Below are positions 1 to 9,521 of a stretch of DNA of 64,000 bases, piece after piece. The translations under genes were made by a program, and so were the position numbers. The stretch is taken from the NCBI GenBank assembly GCA_964364285.1, contig CAYIKZ010000003.1, positions 2,491 through 66,490 of the forward strand, read 5' to 3'. The notes beneath the pieces are model-generated. The model was not told the origin of the DNA. It was given only the letters and a program-made list of their open reading frames with translations, and made no database searches. This stretch comes from an uncultured Candidatus Saccharibacteria bacterium. Its GTDB lineage: Bacteria; Patescibacteriota; Doudnabacteria; UBA920; VMFF01. Position 1 is the first letter of the stretch. Every line of letters starts with the position of its first letter.

Positions 1-314
1 TAAGAGGATATGGTCAAAGAGATCCATTGGTTGAATACAAGCGTGAATCCTTTGATCTGTTTAAGCGCTTGCTAGTCCAGATTAATTCGCAGATTGTATA
101 TTCAATATACAAGGTAAGTCTGCAGCAACAACCAGTTTCAGAGCTTCAAGAACTTGCTAAGAATGCACAAGAAGTATCTTCAGAATCAGCAGAAGCAGAT
201 TCAGTAGAGAAAATAGGGAGAAATGATCCTTGTCCTTGCGGGTCAGGGAAGAAATATAAAAAATGTGGTCTGTTAAATACAGTTGAGCACCAGTCTAATA
301 TGGTAAAGAAATGA
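1..314 (+). CDS. secA: Preprotein translocase SecA, C-terminal fragment (5' end outside the window)
   Basis: The frame open from nt 3 translates to [20 protein letters not shown] and ends in the [13 protein letters not shown] zinc-binding tail typical of SecA. The stop is the TGA at 312-314. Confidence 0.85.
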   Translation, partial: RGYGQRDPLVEYKRESFDLFKRLLVQINSQIVYSIYKVSLQQQPVSELQELAKNAQEVSSESAEADSVEKIGRNDPCPCGSGKKYKKCGLLNTVEHQSNMVKK

Positions 315-745
315 GCGATCTAACTCCCATTGCAAGTGTCGGCATAGTTGTGTTTGCAGAGGATTCGGTTCTTTTGGTAAGACACGAGGCTGGTGCAGAA
401 CATCTTATCAACACGTACGGTTTACCATCTGGTAGACTAGAAGAAGGTGAAACTTATGTAAGCGCGGCAAAGAGAGAACTAGCTGAGGAGACGGGATTGA
501 TTACAGCTGAAGAAGATTTGATGGAGTTGCCAGAAAAGTACACGGCTGAAATTCCGAGAAAAGATGGAACGACACGTTTGTTTTTTTGGATAGTGTTTTT
601 ATGCAAAGCTTTTTCCGGTGAACTTACTGTGAGTAACGAAACTTCTCCTGAATGGGTAAAGATGTCTGATATAAAAAAACATCAGCTATTGCCTAATATT
701 GAAAATGCGATTAGTCAGGCTTTGCGATTCAGGAAAGAAATATAA
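311..745 (+). CDS. NUDIX hydrolase
   Basis: Nudix box [23 protein letters not shown] (GX5EX7REUXEEXGU). The start overlaps the secA stop by 4 nt. Confidence 0.75.
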   Translation: MSDLTPIASVGIVVFAEDSVLLVRHEAGAEHLINTYGLPSGRLEEGETYVSAAKRELAEETGLITAEEDLMELPEKYTAEIPRKDGTTRLFFWIVFLCKAFSGELTVSNETSPEWVKMSDIKKHQLLPNIENAISQALRFRKEI

Positions 746-853
746 AAAGTGTCATGGGAAATTTAAAATAGATAAACTATTCTGGACAGAAGAAGAGATA
801 AAAGATAAGGGTATTCAGATTATTTCTTTAGATTAAAATTAAGAAAGAAAACA

Positions 854-1147
854 ATGGCAAACGATTTTCAACAGAAACAACCAACTAAGAATGAACAGAT
901 GTTCTATGAGATTGCAATGCAGATGCATGATATAGATAAACGTGTTTGGTCAATTTCATCACACATGCTTGCTTTGGGTGTCGCTTTAAATATTGATGCA
1001 AAGAAAATGGCAGAAATCTTAACTGGCGATGATGCAAAGATTAAAGAATACGCTAAAAACATCAATGAAGAAATAAAGAAGATTGAAGATGCACGTCCTA
1101 AAGAAGAAAAGCACGATCATGAATATGATCACAACCATGAACACTAA
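854..1147 (+). CDS. Hypothetical small protein with a His-rich C-terminus (HDHEYDHNHEH)
   Basis: ORF of 97 aa in an intergenic-sized gap. The His-rich tail suggests metal binding. No family recognised. Confidence 0.4.
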   Translation: MANDFQQKQPTKNEQMFYEIAMQMHDIDKRVWSISSHMLALGVALNIDAKKMAEILTGDDAKIKEYAKNINEEIKKIEDARPKEEKHDHEYDHNHEH

Positions 1148-1163
1148 GATGGCTTAAATAAAA

Positions 1164-1892
1164 ATGCAAATCAACAAAGCAATAATTTTAGCTGGTGGCA
1201 AAGGAGTTCGTCTTAGACCTGTTACTCTCGAAACTCCCAAACCATTGATAACTGTTAAGCGCAAACCAATTTTGACCTGGCTTTGCGAACTCTTCATTTC
1301 CAATGATGTTAAAAATATCAGAATTATTGTAAATGAAAACGATCTAGAAGAGTTCAAGTGGTGGTTTAAAAGATTTAAGGTAACTCACAATGATCAAGAT
1401 TTTGATATAGATTTTTTTGTAGAGACTAAACCTTTAGGTACATTTGGTTTTGTTAAAACCAAAGAAGCTCGTGATTGGCTTAATAGAGAATCATTCTTTT
1501 TAAGTAATGGCGACGAGTTAAAAGCCATGAACTTAAAAGACATGGCTAAACAGCACTCAATCAATCATGAAAAAGGCGGTGTTGCAACTATTGCATTAGC
1601 TACCGTGGAAGACCCAGAGCATTATGGAGTTCCAATAGTTGAATCAGAGAGAATTATTTCGTTTTTAGAAAAACCGACTAACCCCCCAAGTAATAACATC
1701 TCTTCGGGGCTATACCTCCTAGATGCAGAATTCTTTAACTACCAAACAGATCAAGAATTTGAAATGATAGAGCTAATTTGGGATAGGGTCGCTAAGGATA
1801 ATAAGCTATACGCTTTTGATACTGGCGGAAAGTGGTATGACACAGGTACATTTGAGCGTTGGGAAAAGGCTATTAATGAATGGCCATATTAA
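1164..1892 (+). CDS. Sugar-phosphate nucleotidyltransferase (NTP_transferase family, G1P thymidylyl/uridylyltransferase-like)
   Basis: N-terminal AIILAGGKGVRLRPVTLETPKPLITV motif, G-x-G-x-R-L, typical of nucleotidyltransferases. Confidence 0.7.
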   Translation: MQINKAIILAGGKGVRLRPVTLETPKPLITVKRKPILTWLCELFISNDVKNIRIIVNENDLEEFKWWFKRFKVTHNDQDFDIDFFVETKPLGTFGFVKTKEARDWLNRESFFLSNGDELKAMNLKDMAKQHSINHEKGGVATIALATVEDPEHYGVPIVESERIISFLEKPTNPPSNNISSGLYLLDAEFFNYQTDQEFEMIELIWDRVAKDNKLYAFDTGGKWYDTGTFERWEKAINEWPY

Positions 1893-1986
1893 AAAACTAG
1901 ATAATAATATGCTAGTTGAAGCGCATAATAAAACCTGTTAAAATGTCAAAGTAATTGAATTAAGAAATTAAAGCTAAACAGAAACA

Positions 1987-3468
1987 ATGAGAAAAAATCT
2001 ACGGCTATATGTGACCTTTGTGTTTATCCTCCTCATTGCCGCAGCCGCGGTATATATAGATCACCCTAAGGGGAGCAAAATAGACCTTAAAAAGCTTAAA
2101 ATTGGCTTTACAAGAGAGTTTAAGCCACATTTGGGTTTAGACCTCCAAGGTGGTAGCCACCTTGAATATCAAGGTGATTTAAAAGAAGTTGGTCCTGATA
2201 AAAGAGCAGAGGCTATGGAATCCTTAAGATCAGCGATTGAACGCAGGGTTTTTTACTTTGGTGTTCAAGAACCATTGGTTGAATCAGCAGGTTCGGATCG
2301 AATCATTGTTGAACTTCCTGGTATTACGGATATTAACGAAGCCATTAAGGTTATTGGACAAACTCCATTCCTAGAATTCAGAGAAGTAAATGACCAACCC
2401 GCAACAGCAACTGTTGTAAACGGGGTTGCGACTGTTGATCCACTTTCTCAATGGAAAACAACTGGGTTAACCGGAAAAGACTTAGATACAGCAACTGTTG
2501 ATTTTAATACTCAAACAGGAAAGCCCCAGATCGTTTTACAGTTTAACTCAAATGGTGCAAAGCTTTTCTCCGAAATAACATCTAGAAACATTAGTAAGCC
2601 AGTTGCCATTTTCTTAGATGGTTCACCACTTTCTACTCCAACTGTTCAAAATGCAATAACAGACGGCAAAGCTATTATCACAGGACAGTTTACAGTTAAA
2701 GAAGCCAAGGAATTAGTTTCAAGATTAAATTCTGGAGCTTTGCCAGTTCCAATTCATTTGATCTCACAACAAAATGTTGGGGCAAGCTTAGGAAAAGATT
2801 CCATTCAAAAAAGCGTTGTTGCTGGTTTGATTGGTCTTTTGATGATTGCCTTTTTTATGATCGTTTACTACAGACTTCCTGGTTTACTCGCAGTCTTTGC
2901 TTTAGCAATCTACGCGCTATTAACATTCGCAATATTTAAGATTGGAATATCAGTAACAGCAGTTTTGCTTGTTGGAGTGTTCCTAATGCTGGCCCTTACT
3001 TCAAACTGGGGCTTTGGGATTGTTGGTGGAGCAATATATTTAATTCTAATGCTTTTGGGTGGGTTACACCCGGTTACTTTAACTCTTGCTGGTATTGCAG
3101 GTTTCATTCTCTCTATCGGTATGGCTGTTGATGCAAACATCCTTATCTTTGAACGCACCAAAGAAGAACTAAGATTGGGTAAAGATGTTAACAAAGCACT
3201 TGAAGACGGTTTTAATAGAGCATGGCTTTCAATTAGAGATTCAAACGCATCAAGTTTAATAACAACATTAATCTTGTATATTTTCGGAACTCCTGCAATA
3301 AAGAGCTTTGCTGAGACTCTAGCTATTGGTATTATCATCTCGTTATTCACAGCAATTACAGTTACAAAGACTTTCTTGCGCATGTTCATCGGACACAACA
3401 TCTTGTCGCATCCGTGGTTGTTTGGTGTAAGCAAAAAGAAAAAAGAATTAACCGCTGAAGGAAAGTAA
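1987..3468 (+). CDS. secD: Protein translocase subunit SecD
   Basis: N-terminal TM helix, periplasmic domain and C-terminal 6-TM region with the conserved GGxxYLILMLLGG / DANILIFER motifs. It is immediately followed by secF. A TTGAAG-17-TAAAAT promoter lies upstream (~1931-1960). Confidence 0.9.
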   Translation: MRKNLRLYVTFVFILLIAAAAVYIDHPKGSKIDLKKLKIGFTREFKPHLGLDLQGGSHLEYQGDLKEVGPDKRAEAMESLRSAIERRVFYFGVQEPLVESAGSDRIIVELPGITDINEAIKVIGQTPFLEFREVNDQPATATVVNGVATVDPLSQWKTTGLTGKDLDTATVDFNTQTGKPQIVLQFNSNGAKLFSEITSRNISKPVAIFLDGSPLSTPTVQNAITDGKAIITGQFTVKEAKELVSRLNSGALPVPIHLISQQNVGASLGKDSIQKSVVAGLIGLLMIAFFMIVYYRLPGLLAVFALAIYALLTFAIFKIGISVTAVLLVGVFLMLALTSNWGFGIVGGAIYLILMLLGGLHPVTLTLAGIAGFILSIGMAVDANILIFERTKEELRLGKDVNKALEDGFNRAWLSIRDSNASSLITTLILYIFGTPAIKSFAETLAIGIIISLFTAITVTKTFLRMFIGHNILSHPWLFGVSKKKKELTAEGK

Positions 3469-3471
3469 ATC

Positions 3472-4365
3472 ATGTTGAACATCATAAAGCACTACAAATT
3501 TTGGTTTTCAGTTTCTGCAATTCTTTTCATCGCAGCAATAATTTCTCTTTCAATGTATGGCTTAAGACCAGGGTTAGATTTCACAGGTGGTTCATTAGCC
3601 CAGATTTCTTTCAAGACCCAACCAAACATTCAAGCAATTAAAGACGAAGTTTCTAAAGTTGTTGAGAACGCAGCTGTTCAAACAGCAGGGGAGACTGATG
3701 TAATTATTAAAACCAAGGCTTTAGAAAAAGATCAGCTAGACAAGATATACGCAGGATTAAGAGCAACACAAGGCGAGTTTACTGAAAAGTCATACAATTT
3801 GATTGGTCCAATTGTTAGTAAAGAATTAGTCTGGAAAGCAATTTGGCAGTTAGTCTTAGTTTCCCTCGGTATTGTTTTCTATATTGCATACGCGTTTAGA
3901 AAGATTACAAAACCAATTACTTCATGGAAATTTGGTTGGGCGGCAATCATTGCTTTGCTTCATGATCTTGTAATTGTTCTTGGATTGTTTTCAATCTTAG
4001 GACACTTTGCACATGTTGAAGTAGACACAATGTTTGTTACAGCATTACTAACTGTCCTTGGTTTCTCAGTACATGACACAATAGTTGTCTTTGACAGAAT
4101 TAGAGAAAATTTAAGAATTGAAGCAGGTAAACCAATTGATGAGATTGTTAATCACAGCATAAACCAAACAATTGTTCGTTCGTTAAACACTTCTTTGACA
4201 GTTTTGTTTGTATTACTTTCTCTCTTGTTATTCGGTGGTGCAACAATCAAGTATTTTGTTCTAGCGCTTTTCGTAGGAGTCATAGCTGGAACATACTCCT
4301 CAATATTTATTGCCAGCCCTCTCCTGGTTATCTGGGAGAAGTGGCAACATAGAAGAGCGTCCTAA
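3472..4365 (+). CDS. secF: Protein translocase subunit SecF
   Basis: SecF-type membrane protein (LDFTGG ... HDTIVVFDRIREN) directly downstream of secD. Confidence 0.9.
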   Translation: MLNIIKHYKFWFSVSAILFIAAIISLSMYGLRPGLDFTGGSLAQISFKTQPNIQAIKDEVSKVVENAAVQTAGETDVIIKTKALEKDQLDKIYAGLRATQGEFTEKSYNLIGPIVSKELVWKAIWQLVLVSLGIVFYIAYAFRKITKPITSWKFGWAAIIALLHDLVIVLGLFSILGHFAHVEVDTMFVTALLTVLGFSVHDTIVVFDRIRENLRIEAGKPIDEIVNHSINQTIVRSLNTSLTVLFVLLSLLLFGGATIKYFVLALFVGVIAGTYSSIFIASPLLVIWEKWQHRRAS

Positions 4366-4380
4366 ACAGGACGTTTTTTT
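4358..4380 (+). terminator. Rho-independent terminator after secF (cgtcct-aaac-aggacg followed by T7)
   Basis: Perfect 6-bp GC-containing hairpin overlapping the secF stop codon, followed by TTTTTTT. Confidence 0.6.
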
Positions 4381-4385
4381 AATAT

Positions 4386-5279
4386 ATGAAAATAGATTTA
4401 CAAATACATACAACTTTTTCTGATGGAAAAAACTCTCCAGAAGAAATAATTAAGATGGCGGTTGAAAATAACGTCAAAGTCATTTCAGTTACAGACCATG
4501 ATACAATCAAAGGTGTTAGCGATATTATTAACCTCGGAAAAATGAACGGAGTTACAGTTATACCAGGAGTTGAGATAGCCACAGGTTACAAGAATAAGGC
4601 GCTCCATATTTTAGGCTACAACATAAATCCTCAAAACAAAGATTTACAAGAACTTTTTGATAGATCACGAAAAGAAAAAGTTGAACACTACATCAAAGAA
4701 CTTGAGGTCGTAAACGCAAACTTAAAAGCAGCAGGTAAAGACGAGCTTTCAGTTGAAATATACTCTGATGGAAAACATAGATACTCATACCCAGGTTTAA
4801 TGGCTTTTTTGGTTGAACAAAAAGCAGTTCCTGATATTAACGGCACTGAACAGTTCATGAAAGGTGTTAAGCATGTTGCACCTTCTGTGAGCCCAAGAGA
4901 AGCTTTTAAATTCATTCATGAGGCTGGGGGTCTAGCATATTTTTCACACCCATTATCTGCGGGTGGCATTTCTTTAAAAACTTTTTTAAATACACCAGAA
5001 GAATGGGAGGCTGTCATCGCTGAGTTTAAAACAGATGGTTTGGATGGTTTAGAGATATATCAGGGGTCTCACATAAAAGAAGATCGAGATTTCTTGCTAG
5101 ATATGGCATCTAAACACGATTTAAAGATTAGCGCTGGTAGTGATTGGCATGGTCCTGCTTCTATGCTTTCTAGATCGTTGCTGAAAACAACACCTAATTA
5201 CCCTGAGAAAATAGGGGATTTAGAGATTCCTGAGGACAAGGTGGTTTTAATCCTTCAGGGCCTTGGAATTACCGCGTGA
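4386..5279 (+). CDS. PHP-domain metal-dependent phosphoesterase
   Basis: N-terminal DLQIHTTFSDG ... VISVTDHDT motif, H-x-H ... D-H of the polymerase/histidinol-phosphatase family. Confidence 0.7.
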   Translation: MKIDLQIHTTFSDGKNSPEEIIKMAVENNVKVISVTDHDTIKGVSDIINLGKMNGVTVIPGVEIATGYKNKALHILGYNINPQNKDLQELFDRSRKEKVEHYIKELEVVNANLKAAGKDELSVEIYSDGKHRYSYPGLMAFLVEQKAVPDINGTEQFMKGVKHVAPSVSPREAFKFIHEAGGLAYFSHPLSAGGISLKTFLNTPEEWEAVIAEFKTDGLDGLEIYQGSHIKEDRDFLLDMASKHDLKISAGSDWHGPASMLSRSLLKTTPNYPEKIGDLEIPEDKVVLILQGLGITA

Positions 5280-5289
5280 TACTGTATTC

Positions 5290-5318
5290 TTGACACAATG
5301 TAAAGTTTATGATATATT
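5290..5318 (+). promoter_or_regulatory. Sigma-70-like promoter (TTGACA - 17 nt - TATATT) upstream of the 5347 gene
   Basis: Consensus -35, a 17-nt spacer and a near-consensus -10, about 28 nt before the ATG. Confidence 0.4.
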
Positions 5319-5346
5319 CTAGGCGTATAGAAAAATACGTCTTTTT

Positions 5347-6480
5347 ATGTCAGATTCAATAGAACAAGAGAAAAAAGCAATATCTGGGATTTTGGATAAA
5401 ATCATAGACAGCAAGCAAACTGTCTCTTTACAGAACTTTGAACCCGGCTTAGTAGCCGGTAAGATATTAAGCTTGCTTAAAGAAAGAGATCGCCAGATTC
5501 TTGCAAAACGTTTTGGTTTACTTGGTTTCCCAGCAAAAACCCTTGAAGCAATAGGCAAGGAACATAACTTAACAAGAGAACGTGTTAGACAGATTGAAAA
5601 GGACTCAATCAAGTTTTTGCGTTCTAAACTCGATCAAGAACAGCTTGCAGAATCTGTTAAGGTTTTAGCGCATATAATTTACGATTCTGGAAGAATCATT
5701 AAAGAACTTGAGTTAATAAAGCTTTTGAGTTTTGAGTCTACAGAAGAAGAAAAGCGCTCTGTTTTGTTTTTGTTACATATAGCAGAAGAATTGTTAGAAG
5801 TTAAAGAATCTGAGCTGTATCATGCAGCTTGGGCTTCAGTTACATACAATCACGAGTTTTTTGAAAATATAATCAAAACTGCACGCGAAATACTAAAAGC
5901 TGAAGGTAAACCGATAACTGAATTAAACCTCATTGAAAAACTCCAGCAAAGCGAATTTTACAAGAATAACCAGAAAGATTTAAACGAAAAGGTTCTAAAG
6001 ACATACATTGAGATTAGCAAAGAGATTGCTAGAAATCCTTTTGGTGAATATGGTTTGAAAGATTGGCGTGAGATTAAACCAAAAGATGTTGGTGACAAAG
6101 CATACATTGTTTTAAAGCATCATGCAAAACCATCCCACTATTCTGAAATTACAGAAATGATCAACAAACATGGTTTTGACAAGAGAACCGCAAACAAAGA
6201 AAGCGTGCATAACGAATTAATCAAAGACGGACGTTTTGTTTTGGTTGGTCGTGGTATTTATGCTTTAACTGAATGGGGTTACAAGAAAGGTGTTGTTGCT
6301 GATGTAATCATAGAAATACTTGAAAGATCAAATCAACCATTAAGCCGTGATGAAATAATTTCAGAAGTTATGAAAAAGCGCATGGTTAAAAGAAATACTG
6401 TTTTAGTAGCTCTTTCAAACAAGATCCTTTTCAACAAAGTTCAAAGAAACAAGTACGAGTTAGTAGCCAGAGCAAAATAA
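5347..6480 (+). CDS. Sigma-70 region-4 (HTH) domain protein with a C-terminal winged-helix (HARE-HTH-like) domain
   Basis: RDRQILAKRFGL...LEAIGKEHNLTRERVRQIEKDSIKFLR matches the sigma-70 region 4 HTH. No regions 2 or 3 are present. The C-terminal half resembles winged-helix DNA-binding modules. Confidence 0.5.
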   Translation: MSDSIEQEKKAISGILDKIIDSKQTVSLQNFEPGLVAGKILSLLKERDRQILAKRFGLLGFPAKTLEAIGKEHNLTRERVRQIEKDSIKFLRSKLDQEQLAESVKVLAHIIYDSGRIIKELELIKLLSFESTEEEKRSVLFLLHIAEELLEVKESELYHAAWASVTYNHEFFENIIKTAREILKAEGKPITELNLIEKLQQSEFYKNNQKDLNEKVLKTYIEISKEIARNPFGEYGLKDWREIKPKDVGDKAYIVLKHHAKPSHYSEITEMINKHGFDKRTANKESVHNELIKDGRFVLVGRGIYALTEWGYKKGVVADVIIEILERSNQPLSRDEIISEVMKKRMVKRNTVLVALSNKILFNKVQRNKYELVARAK

Positions 6481-6512
6481 TTTTTTTGCTTTTCTAAACC
6501 AAGAAACAAAAA

Positions 6513-7832
6513 ATGGGAATTTTTTCAACGATATCAGAAGGTTTTGGTTCAACCATCTCCACAGGGTGGTATTTGTTTGTACATTGGTATGGGTGGGTTT
6601 TGTTCGTCATCGCCGGTTTCTACATAGTCAGAAAGCTTTATCAGGATAAGATCATAGATGATTATGTTTTTTCTAACAAAAGAATTTTTTTGCATATTAA
6701 AATTGAAAAAGAGAATTTGCAGAGCACTCTTGCGGTTGAACAGATTTTTGCCAGTATGCACGCTATGCACCAGAACTTTACCTGGGCTGAACGATGGTTA
6801 GAGGGTTTAGTGAACCTTTGGTGGACAGCAGAAATGGTAAGTTTAGGCGGTAAAATCTCTTTCATCATTTCAGTTCCTGAAAAAGTAAGAGGTCTTGCTT
6901 TAAGTTCTTTTTACGCGTATTACCCAAACGCAGAAATTGCCGAGGTTGAGGATTACATGAAAAACCTCACTCATTTGGATGATAATTCTTCTTGGGATAT
7001 ATGGGGCACTGAATACAAATTTACTAGAGACTGGGCTTACCCAATCAGAACATGGAGAGAATTTGAACACCCAGCAGCAGAAGAACCAGTCATTGATCCA
7101 ATGGCAGGAGTTTTGGAAGCATTAAGTAGAGCAGAACCACACGAAATGCTTGCAATTCAAATTGTCATGCGTCCAATTGCTGACAAAGACTGGGCTCCTC
7201 ACTCAGAAGAAGTAGTTCAAGCATTAAAAGAAGAGGGTGATCACCATGTACCATTCTTAGAAAGGATTTTACCTTTCCTAGCTTGGGGTAGTAAAAAAAC
7301 AGTTTTAGAAGCAATACAAAAAGGTGGTGGTCAAGGCGCGCATGGAGAAGAACAAAAGCAACCAAAAGTAATGCGTATGACTGAGGGTGAAAGAAACACA
7401 GTTAAAGGAATTGAAACCAAAGCAACCAAACCTGCATTTCAAACAAAGATTCGCCACCTATACATTGCACCCAAAGACAAGTTTGACAAGAACAAGAAGA
7501 GCTTACTTGTCGGCGCTTACAGGCAATTTGGAGCGGTTAATTCAAACAATTTAAAACCAGATGTTAATGGAACTTGGACAAACTATAACTACGCGATGTT
7601 TGAAGCCTTAGAAAAACCTTTTGTGAAGTTTATGATAATGGAAAGAAAACATTTATTACTTCAAGGTTTTGTTAACAGAAGTAGATGGATTGGTATTGAT
7701 CCAATGATCATGAACATTGAAGAGCTAGCAACGTTGTACCACTTCCCATTAAATACAGCCTCAACTCCTCCTGTTGAAAGAATTGATATTAAAAAAGGTC
7801 AGCCACCAGCTAACCTTCCGGTTATGAGCTAA
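6513..7832 (+). CDS. Hypothetical membrane protein (N-terminal TM helix), partner of the downstream P-loop ATPase
   Basis: Hydrophobic N-terminus (WYLFVHWYGWVLFVIAGFYIV). The stop is 4 nt before the ATPase gene start, giving tight coupling. Confidence 0.45.
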   Translation: MGIFSTISEGFGSTISTGWYLFVHWYGWVLFVIAGFYIVRKLYQDKIIDDYVFSNKRIFLHIKIEKENLQSTLAVEQIFASMHAMHQNFTWAERWLEGLVNLWWTAEMVSLGGKISFIISVPEKVRGLALSSFYAYYPNAEIAEVEDYMKNLTHLDDNSSWDIWGTEYKFTRDWAYPIRTWREFEHPAAEEPVIDPMAGVLEALSRAEPHEMLAIQIVMRPIADKDWAPHSEEVVQALKEEGDHHVPFLERILPFLAWGSKKTVLEAIQKGGGQGAHGEEQKQPKVMRMTEGERNTVKGIETKATKPAFQTKIRHLYIAPKDKFDKNKKSLLVGAYRQFGAVNSNNLKPDVNGTWTNYNYAMFEALEKPFVKFMIMERKHLLLQGFVNRSRWIGIDPMIMNIEELATLYHFPLNTASTPPVERIDIKKGQPPANLPVMS

Positions 7833-7835
7833 ACT

Positions 7836-9521
7836 ATGCAAAACGAAAACGAAGTCACATTATTCGCCAAAACCAATTTCCGAAACAAGCAGGTGCCTTT
7901 TGGTATCAAGAGAGAAGATCGTAGAAAGCACATGTATGTCATCGGTAAAACTGGTATGGGCAAAACAACGATGATGGAAAACATGATCATCCAAGATATT
8001 GTTAATGACAATGGTCTTGCTTTTGTTGATCCGCACGGCGATTCAGTAGAAAAGATTCTAAACTACATACCAGCGAGAAGAATAAACGACGTGGTGTATT
8101 TCAACCCATCAGACATGGAATTTCCAATTGCTTTTAACATTCTTGAATCAGTTGATCCAAGATACAAGCATTTAGTCGCATCAGGATTAATGGGAGTGTT
8201 TACAAAGATATGGGCAAACCTTTGGTCTGCTCGTATGGAATATATTTTAAACAATGCTATCTTAGCTTTACTTGATTCACCAGGGAATACACTCCTTGGT
8301 ATTTCAAGAATGTTAATTGACAAGAAATACAGAAAACGGATCGTTGATAACGTAAAGGATCCGGTTGTTAGATCTTTCTGGCAAGATGAGTTTGCTAACT
8401 GGAACGAGAAATATAGAATGGAAGCAATTGCTCCAATCCAAAACAAAGTTGGACAGTTCCTTTCTTCAGGAATCATTAGAAATATTGTTGGTCAACCAAA
8501 ATCAACCGTTGATTTAAGAGATTTAATGGATAACAAAAAGATTCTTTTAATGAATCTTTCAAAAGGACGTGTTGGTGAAGACAATTCAGCGCTTCTTGGT
8601 GCCATGATCATTACCAAACTTCAATTAGCAGCTCTTTCTCGTGTTGATATCCCAGAAGAAGATCGTAATGACTTCTACCTATATGTAGATGAATTTCAAA
8701 ACTTTGCAACAGAATCATTTGCAACAATTCTTTCTGAAGCAAGAAAATACCGCCTTAATTTAATTATTGGTCACCAATACATTGGTCAGCTAGTTCAGGA
8801 AAACAACAACACAAAGGTTAGAGATGCTGTATTTGGAAACGTTGGAACAATAGTAACATTCAGAGTTGGTGCAGCTGATGCAGAGTTTTTGGAAAAGGAG
8901 TTCATGCCAATATTTACAGAAAACGACCTTGTAAATATTCCAAAACACACAGTTATATTAAAGTTAATGATAAACGGTGTTGCTTCAGATCCTTTCACTG
9001 CTGAGACACTTCCTCCTGGAACATATGAAAAAACAGATAATGGCGAAAAGATCATACGTGTTTCTAGAGAAAGATATGCAAACCCAGTAACTGATGTTGA
9101 AGATAAAATAACCAAATGGATGGGTCAGGAGTTCCACGAACAAGCTGCGTTGATAGCAGGAAATCAAGTTTTGGAGGGTGAAGAACAATTGGCTCCTCAA
9201 GCACCTATACAGCAAGAGGTACCAGCTCAACCAGAGATGGTAGAAGTTCCAAAAGTTATGGTTCTGCAACAAGCTGAGGCTATGGAAAAAAAAGAAACTC
9301 CTCCAAACCCTGAAAAGAAAAAGAAAAAGAAACCAGGTAATCCAAACAACAGGAGAGACGAAAATCCAATCTGGAATACAGTTGCCAAGATGACTGATCA
9401 AAAGATCAAAGAAACTGAAACTCCTGATGTCTTGTTAAAGACTCTAGAAACAGTTAAAGTATCTGAGAGTCCAAAAAAGGTTCTTAAACCAGGAGAATCA
9501 GTAAAGCTTGATGAAATCTAA
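7836..9521 (+). CDS. P-loop NTPase of the TraG/TraD/VirD4 (TrwB-like, DUF87/HerA-related) family with a Lys/Pro-rich disordered C-terminal tail
   Basis: Walker A VIGKTGMGKTT and Walker B LYVDEFQNFA. Overall layout resembles T4SS coupling-protein ATPase domains. The C-terminus is low complexity (KKKKKKPGNPNN). Confidence 0.5.
   Translation: MQNENEVTLFAKTNFRNKQVPFGIKREDRRKHMYVIGKTGMGKTTMMENMIIQDIVNDNGLAFVDPHGDSVEKILNYIPARRINDVVYFNPSDMEFPIAFNILESVDPRYKHLVASGLMGVFTKIWANLWSARMEYILNNAILALLDSPGNTLLGISRMLIDKKYRKRIVDNVKDPVVRSFWQDEFANWNEKYRMEAIAPIQNKVGQFLSSGIIRNIVGQPKSTVDLRDLMDNKKILLMNLSKGRVGEDNSALLGAMIITKLQLAALSRVDIPEEDRNDFYLYVDEFQNFATESFATILSEARKYRLNLIIGHQYIGQLVQENNNTKVRDAVFGNVGTIVTFRVGAADAEFLEKEFMPIFTENDLVNIPKHTVILKLMINGVASDPFTAETLPPGTYEKTDNGEKIIRVSRERYANPVTDVEDKITKWMGQEFHEQAALIAGNQVLEGEEQLAPQAPIQQEVPAQPEMVEVPKVMVLQQAEAMEKKETPPNPEKKKKKKPGNPNNRRDENPIWNTVAKMTDQKIKETETPDVLLKTLETVKVSESPKKVLKPGESVKLDEI

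Noticed and set aside
2910-3485. 191-aa ORF antisense to secD, and similar antisense/overlapping ORFs inside pepN, hppA, pyrG, gyrB, pheT, the helicase and others
   Set aside because: They lie entirely within well-supported conserved genes on the opposite strand, with no motifs and AT-rich codon artefacts.
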